A stretch of 64,000 nt of DNA, from the NCBI RefSeq assembly GCF_009914755.1, contig NC_060933.1, one strand, 5' to 3'. Positions 56,184-64,000 of this stretch are shown piece after piece (positions within the stretch are counted from its first letter, which is position 1; every line of letters begins with the position of its first letter). Made by a program: the position numbers and the translations under genes. A model generated the notes under the pieces. That model saw only the letters and a list, made by a program, of their open reading frames with translations, ran no database searches and had not been told where the DNA came from. Source of the stretch: the human T2T-CHM13v2.0 reference genome, Homo sapiens.

Positions 56184-57939
56184 ATGAGAACATTCTATCA
56201 TCATAAATTGGGATTCATTGACATAATAATCCTGAATGGATGAGAGCTGAAATGTAACCAAATATGCATGAAGACCCCATCATCTTGTTTGTACAGTAAG
56301 TGGGTGGTTTCATGAAAATTATATTCTAACCTTAATTGGTAGTTGTGAAGAATTTGAGTAAAATGTCACTAGTCATAGTGAAATTTCAGGGTATCAGGCT
56401 AGAATTAAGATTGAGAGAGAGAAAGAAGATATAGCCTAAATTTTGTTTAATTTTAAAATGGTAACAGAGCTAGGTAGCAATGAGAGTGATTGTCTCCTAA
56501 TTAGATGACTTCCTTATTAAGGGAAGTTTTAGGAATAGACTACATGAATAACCAGGTAATTGGATTATGTCAGAGTATTTTCTGACATTTGGTGAGGAGG
56601 GGGCAGGGGGATTTTATAACATTAACTCCGTTAAAATTCAAGATTAAATTAATATCATTTTATACTCCAACATTAAAAGGATAGTGGAAAATTATAAAGA
56701 AAAAAGAATTGAGAGCATTGAAGAGGTTTAGTATTGACAGTTTTCCTCATCTCCCCCATTTTGTGAATGTCTACTGCATACAGTGCCTTGTAAAAATGTA
56801 CACTTAACATACTCCAGCAGGAAATCTTTCTATCTTCAGAGCACCATGTGATCATGAGTCAGATGAATTTAGAGGGAAAATCACAAATAAAGATTCAGAA
56901 ATGTTGAATTTAAAGTGAACTCACTTTAAATTTTGTATATTCAAGGATGTTTGTATATTCAAGGTGACTAATCTGAATACAATTTGAAACCTGAGATATG
57001 CTATTATGGAAATAAATTTTGATGAGAGATGCTATGGAGTTGGTAAAAGCAGAAAACCAATACTGAACTCAGTAAGAAGAGTGCAGAACATGAGGGAAGT
57101 GAGCAGAATAGCTGGATCCTTCAGATATATGATTAGAATACATGTGCCAAGAATTGATGGAAGGTCTTGATTTTATCGGGCATCAAGAAGACAACATTGT
57201 CCTTTCCATTATTTCATTCCCTTCACTGTGCTCTATAAACAAACAGGCAAGTAGCAGGAGGACGCCATGAATGAATGACAAGGCTGTGAATCACTTACAT
57301 CACTTGCATTTGTAGTGAAATGACTGAGTCAATCAGCTAGGTAGAAAGCCTGTTGAGGGTTTGGCACAGTTATCTTGCATTGCATAGAAATCTATTAAGT
57401 ACTTAATAAGTGTTTGAAAACAAAAAATTTTAATTCTAACAGCATAATATGGACGCATGATTTTGAAAAAAACCAATGAGGTATATATCTCTTTATTTTT
57501 AACGTCTCCCAAACATCTACATAAAAATGAGACTCCACATAAAAATGAGATCTCAGAGAGAGAGTAAAGTTAAAAGATACCCAAATTTTCCAGGAAATGC
57601 AAGAAAAATTTTCAGTCCGAAATCTTGATGCTGAATATAAAGGTTAAATTATCCCTAAGAATCTGTTACCCTAATCTGGCCTTCAGAATGATTAGCAGAG
57701 AAAATTCATATTACCTGTGTAGTTCCAAACACCTCAAACTCAGAATTTAAACAAGCCGTGAGTAAAGCCCCCAGTTTCATGGCAGAAGCAAACAGAACCC
57801 TTCCAGAAGGAAAAGGCAAAGGGTTGAATAAAACAATTAAAAGGGGCTGTACACAAGAGACACAACAGGTAAACATAAGGCTGCAGAAAGTTTGAAAGTA
57901 AAAAAAAAAAAAAAATTAAAATTATTAGAATAAATAAAA

Positions 57940-58270
57940 TTAATAAAAAATTAAAAGTATAGACCAGAGAGATATTAGGCAAAGGGGAGCTGGCATTGCT
58001 ATGCTAATTTTAACATAAAATATATTTGAAGACATAAAACTTTGCTGAGGAAAAGAGGGTCAATTTGTGATTATAAACATTTCAATCCACTAGGAAGATA
58101 TAAGTTTTAAATTTGTAGAAATCTAACAATATTGCCACAAAATAAATTAAAACTTGATAGGGCTGCAAAGAAAAAAGAGACTAATCTAACATCCTATTTA
58201 GAGATGTTACATACATATTTTAATAATTGATAGATCAGGTAGGCAAAAATCACTTATAAAATATAGAAAC
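57940..58270 (+). mobile_element. Ancient L1M ORF2 endonuclease-region relic
   Basis: 'gctggcattgctatgctaatt...gagggtcaatttgtgattataaacatttcaatccactaggaagatataa...aataattgatagatcaggtaggcaaaaaatc'-like motifs. Confidence 0.6.
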
Positions 58271-60184
58271 ACCAATAATAGTCACTTGGAGAATTCTATG
58301 CTCTATTTTATTTATATAAATAATATATTTTGAGATTAACATCTCATTTGCAAATACTCTTTCTATATATATAGTCTGTGTTTCCTACAATTGAAAAAAA
58401 TTCCTAAGACTTTCAAGGAAAAAAATACTAAACCAGGTATCCAAAGAATATATTGGGCATGTGCTAGAAGGGAAAAATTAGGCTTTTGCCAACTGAGAAT
58501 CTTTTGTTTCTGAATCCTATACCCTTAGTCCCAGGGCAGAAGAGTAGCATATTAGATGAACATTATTAAATGCTTTCAAGTCTAGTCAAAAATTCATTTT
58601 GAAAGCTTTGAAATGGAATTGAAGAGAATTCTGATAGCATTTGTTCTACATTTGACATGGCTGCTTCGAAGTATTACAAGATATAGAAATTTGATGGCCT
58701 GTAAAAATCGCTAAGCTACGTCGTTTTATTTCTTTTTAACTGAACAAAATTGGCTTTTCCTCCCCTCGGGATTTACCTTTCCATATTTGTGGTTATGAAA
58801 ATATGTGAATTAATATTTTAATGTGTGTGTGTCTATCTCGGTGTATGATTTTATGGTGTCATCTCTATTATTTTTTAAGTAAGAGATTTTCTCATTTATG
58901 ATGAATTGGGGCATGGACAATTAAGAATCTCCTTTAAAAAAAAAAATCTCTCTTTTTTTTTTTTTGCCTTGTTCCCACTTCTTGAGTGCTTGGGCCTTGC
59001 TTACACTGCTTCTGTGACTCTTAGCAAATGACGCTTAGTGATATATTATTGCATTCATGGCTTCCAATTCTATACTTGAAATTCCTTTAGCACATAAAAA
59101 GTGCCTCACCTGTTCTAATATACTGAGATTCTCATATCATTCTCCACACATATTAAATGTTCAAGAAATGTTTATTGGAGGTATATGAATGTATGCATAA
59201 AAGGCTAACTAGCTAGAATATAAGTCTCATTAGCTTAGTAAATGCAATTATTTGGCCCAAGACATCTTTATTTCTCCACTCTACTGTCTGTCTTCCTAGA
59301 GCCCAAGCCAGTGCTAAGGATGAGGCCTGAAACCATGTAACTCTTTGATGAAAGCACTGGGGGAATTCATTCAAGAAAGTTTTTTCTTGAGCATTAAAAT
59401 CAGATGTAATGGTTAAAAGAAACTAGTGGTATCATTTGCAAAGTTATAAAAGCAGTATAAACAATGTGCAACCACTTCAGAAAGAAGAACGAGGGAACAA
59501 AATAGGGTTTGTTTTTTTTGTTTTTTTTTTTTAAAGAAAAAAGTCTTTTTAAAGTCTTTTATGCTGTGGTTAATTATAACTGAAGGATTTTTCTACTTAA
59601 AAATATTTCCTTTTAAAAAATGTTCACTCTGGTATAACTGCAACCTTATAAAATTAATCTGTGTTTTTTGTTTTTATCACAATAATGTCTTTTCTAATAG
59701 GTGAGTTCATCACATAATGGGCTAACCAATACCAACATCCTGAAACAACCCTGGATACCCTTTTCTCTAAATAACTCACCTTTACCTGAAGACAACACAC
59801 ACACATGCACACATGTGCACATGCACACACACAATTTTTACTAAATTTTGCCCTATAAACATTTCAAATTGTATTTTGGCTGAAAGTAAGTAACATTACC
59901 TAGAGATCTCAAAATATTTCAAGTTTCACACAAAATGAATACATTTGGTACATTAATACATACATGTAAAAATATTTACATGCAGATTTTATAAATGCAC
60001 ATACATACATTCATGCCATAAACAACATTCACTTATCACAATGGACTGTCATAAGAAGGAGGAGCAAACAATACCTTATTTTCTGGGTTCTATAGGAGGA
60101 GTTCCCAAATGTTTGACTGTGTATGACTTACCATAACAAAAAATCTATAACAATTCCACATATTTTTTTCTTAGCATGACTTTC

Positions 60185-60600
60185 CTACATAAAGAACCAT
60201 AGATATTGATTCTTATGCAAAGGATTTAGTGCTTGAGTGATGCCAGATGAAACCTGTAAGAGGGTGAAGGAAGTGGGAAAAGGAATGAAGCCAAGCAGAA
60301 GTTTGAGTTCAACTGAAGGCTGTAGAGAACTCTGGGAAATAAATACCACCACAAAGTTGTCACACCTTAAGACAAAGGTCAGCCATTTGTACTTCCAACT
60401 CAATCAGCCATTAGCTGTTGCTGCTTCTTGTGAGAGAACATAAATTCCTAGGCATTTCTTGGCAAAGAAGCTCCTCTGAGTCCTGGGTCATTCTCAGAAG
60501 GGGAAAACTGTGAGCCATTAGCAGCTAACACTCTCAGAACTTGAGGGTACACTGCTCCATTAGAGGGTATCTGTGTAGAGCACCAGCAGTGTCTATTACA
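60185..60600 (-). mobile_element. ERVL LTR16-family solo LTR
   Basis: Reverse complement starts tgtaatagacactgctggtgctctacacagataccc...gtgttagctgctaatggctcaca. Confidence 0.6.
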
Positions 60601-62289
60601 CCCACGCATTCTTCCTTTTCAGTGTGTGTGTATAGGTAGCAGCCCTTGGAAGGGGAAATGCAAATGCTACCTAGGAAGGTGCCATGCTAATCAAAATTAT
60701 ATCCTTTTATTGTTTGTCATGTTGTAAAATAATCTATTAATAGCAAGTTCACTAACTAGGAAATGGGAACTAGGATAAACCCATGTAATACTTTATCTTG
60801 TAATTAAATGTAATAACTCCGGAGTTATATTCCTGGATTACTTAAAGCTCCTTTTCTAACAAGACAGTAACAGCTCAAATCCTTAACCTTGAAATGGAGA
60901 TAGAAACTCCTAAAGTGGCAACATTAAGTCGTTCAGGGGCTAGACCTACTGAACTGCCAAAGGAATGAGAACTACACATGGGAGATCATTCTCAAATTCT
61001 CCTGTGTCATCTTTAGGACCTTTCAATGCACTGCATAAAACACATTTAAGAAGGATCCAAACATTTAATTTAATGTATTCTTATGTAATCAAAAGTTAAA
61101 ATATAGACAGTATTTAAACTTATAATGGGACCCTCACTAATTTTCCACTATTCCCATACTGAAAGCAAACTCTACCATAGATTAAAAAGTGCTCCTACTT
61201 TTATTATCCTGGTGTCTTTCCCTGAAGTCTTTGGAAGACTATTATTATTTCTACAGGCTCATACGCATGGTACTTTGTCTTCTGAGCTGTCTTGTAATTT
61301 TTGATGGTTAGTTCATTTTTTCTTGGGATTTTTTTCTGTTAAAAATTTTTGAGCTTTGTTGAGTATGTTCTAGAATAGACTAGCATTTACTTCTACTGGG
61401 CACTGAGGAGTAATTTTCAGCTTTAGATTTACTGTGGAACACAGTTCTGCATGAGAGCCTACTTGTAGTGAAAATTTTGTCTTGATAATGTTTTTTTCCT
61501 TTCTTCTACCCAATGTTAAAACCTACAAGTTTCCATGCTGCTTATTATATTATAGAGGATTGTTTTATTCCTAGTTCATGCTGAACAAAATTAGGGAGTT
61601 AGCTTTGTGTAGGGTAACTCCATTAGAGTGGGTCCTAATTTTGTGTCTGTTTCAATGGGTCCTGCATGACCAAGAAAAAAAAGCTAAAGACCAGAGAATA
61701 AAATATATTTTCAGCTAGTCATAAACTTCAACTCCACCTCCTTGAATTTTTGTTTTAGCTTGATTTTTGTCCTTGAGTATTTCCCTTAGTTTGTGGGCAA
61801 TACAATGGTCATAAATAAATAAGTAAATATATATTATATGTATTTGTATAATATATAAAGATAAACTGATTTATCTATACTTTATGTAATTGTGAATATA
61901 AAATGATGATAGGAAGAGAGAGATGGATGGCTAATAAAGAGTTACGTTCATGTTTTACAAAACCTTGAATATAAGGTGTAGTTTATACTCTTGATGTAAT
62001 TGATACTAATGTATCAGTTACTTCAACCACACCAATTATATTCACCAATCTTTTTTTATATTTTTGTTTACTAGTTTTATTAATGTTTAAGAGATGAGTA
62101 TTTAAATATCTCCCAAAACAACCTATAATTTTTTAATACAGGTATTCGGATATGTATGGTACTATTGTATTACAAGTGTTCATTATATTAAAAATTAATA
62201 ATAAAAGAAAAAAGGATCCTTTGATTTTGTTGTTGTTGTTACTGTTGTTAAATAGGCAACAGACTTTTCTTGTTGGATGGTAACCAGAA

Positions 62290-62460
62290 CATATATACAT
62301 ATATATATGTATATATAAATATATATACATGTATATATATATGTGTGTGTGTATATACGTATATACACATATATACGTATATGTGTGTATATATGTATAT
62401 ACACACATATACGTATATATGTGTATATGTGTGTGTATATATATACATACATATACACAC
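62290..62460. repeat. Compound alternating purine-pyrimidine (TA/TG/CA) microsatellite
   Basis: Seen directly; source of the spurious overlapping Y/I/H/T-rich ORFs. Confidence 0.95.
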
Positions 62461-62899
62461 ATTACGTCCATCTGCTGTCTTCTTTGCATTCATTTGATCT
62501 AGAACAATGGAAGATTAACTCTGCATGTGAATTTCTTAATGGGACTATGGTTTTCAGCTCAGTTTATTATTCTCCTGTGCCTTTGCTTGTTTTCTATTTA
62601 TTTATTTTCAAAATTCCAAATGCTGATTATCAACTGAAACTGTACCATTTAATTGAACTTGTTACATTTTCTTCTTTATTTTTTCTTTGAATTCTAAGAG
62701 AGTATTCCCAAATTGTCCTTTAACACTGTGCATTTGCTATTACAGTATTTCTATATAATTTTTTAATTATAATAAAGTCAGTTAAAAAAGCTGTAGAGTA
62801 TTACAAAGTAATGACTGATATACAATAACTAGTTTAGGAAAATATTACAAATACAAATTTAAGGTATTTTGCATATACTCTATTTACTTCTCAATCCTA

Positions 62900-63600
62900 G
62901 GTTATCTAATATATTAAATTTATTTATCATTGATCATTTTGTTTTCTTATAAATTACACATCTGTTGGTGAAAATATCTTTAATTTTACTTCATTCCCAA
63001 ATGATCATTTAATACATAGTCCAAAACTTACAGTTATTATTTCTCAGAACTTTAAAGAAAGAACCTTACCATATTCAGGTTTCTCTTAATGTTCATGAGC
63101 AATTTACTGTCAAAATAACTGTGGTTCAATGACAGATAATCTGCTTTTTCTCTTTGATTTTTCTAAAGTTTTTTTTCTTGATTTTGCTGTTTTTCATCTC
63201 TTCAGTTTTGTTCAATATGCTATTAGACCTGTGTATTGAATTTTTATATAACTGTGAGTTCATTTTTTGAACTTCTATTTTGTTCTTTAAAAATATCGTA
63301 GAGCACTTTTATAATCTTTTGATCTTTGAATTTTTAGTCCTTAAATTATATCTACATTTATGTATACTCATTTTATATTCTGTAGTTGTAAATTCCATAT
63401 TTGAAGTTGTTGGAATTTTATTCTATTGGCTATTTCCGCTAACTTTTCATGATGGTGTCTTTCCACATCTATTTATTAGTTTTTATGCTTACATTAGTAA
63501 TCTTGTCTAAATTTGTGAACATTCTGAGGGGTATCAGGTAAAATACTTTTAGGGAAAGAATTTGCATTTGTTTCTGTGAGGTGCCTCATGACACTTTCAA
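62900..63600 (-). mobile_element. Probable ancient L1M 5'/ORF1-region relic
   Basis: T-rich segment with 'ttcaatatgctattagacctgtgtattgaattttt...ttctattttgttcttt'; diverged. Confidence 0.4.
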
Positions 63601-63929
63601 ATAAAGACAATTTTAGATTAAATTTTTACGTGGTGGTTTCAGTGACCACATAGATTACAAAATTTAAACCTGAAATTTATTATATAAAGACAGAATATAA
63701 CTACACATTTTCAGATTGGTATATTTTTGTGTTAGGAGGAGGGGGTATTTTTAATAATCAGAGCTGAGCCAATGTCTAATAGGTTATTTTGTAATCTCCC
63801 ATTGCTAGAAGGTATGTCCGGTTTCTTTTACTCAAGCCAGTTTCCAAGAATAAAATCTTGCAGAAGTATTAGCTAAAATAGTTACAACTGTAAGTATAGA
63901 TCAATCTGATAAACATTAAATTTATATTT

Positions 63930-64000
63930 TAAGTAGTTTTTATGGCTGCTATAACAAATTACCATAAACCTAGTGGCTTAAGACAACATGAATTTATTAT
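63930..64000 (-). mobile_element. MLT1 LTR 3' end, cut by the window edge
   Basis: 'tatggctgctataacaaattaccataaacctagtggcttaagacaacatgaatttatt' is the typical antisense MLT1 terminus. Confidence 0.8.

Noticed and set aside
62133-62690. Cluster of overlapping ORFs on both strands
   Set aside because: Produced by the stop-poor TA/TG/CA microsatellite.

Overview
This is AT-rich, repeat-dense hominoid (human-like) non-coding DNA. I found no recognisable host protein-coding exon, rRNA, tRNA or CRISPR array. Almost every long ORF in the track is a decayed LINE-1 ORF1/ORF2 fragment, an antisense L1 frame, or a microsatellite artefact. Main contents: two full-length L1s (L1PA4-like at 2.5-8.7 kb; L1PA3-like at 33.5-39.5 kb with the ZNF93-escape deletion, an open ORF0 and no poly(A) tail), an internally deleted L1PA7-like element, a 5'-truncated L1PA13-like element, ancient L1M pieces, five Alus, MaLR/ERVL LTRs (THE1, MST, MLT1, MLT2, LTR16), Tigger3b, MER5, MIR/L2 relics, a 3'-truncated 7SK retropseudogene and a ~1 kb AT-rich VNTR. 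All 12 primate-age or TSD-bearing retroposed insertions lie on the minus strand, which suggests an intron of a long plus-strand gene. The best leads are an unrecognised 114-bp retroposed polyadenylated 3' end with TSDs, a candidate recursive splice site, a candidate 24-nt microexon, and a 49-bp mini-L1 insertion. I do not see convincing evidence of a new biological system. Subfamily names are from recalled consensus sequences, not from a database search.
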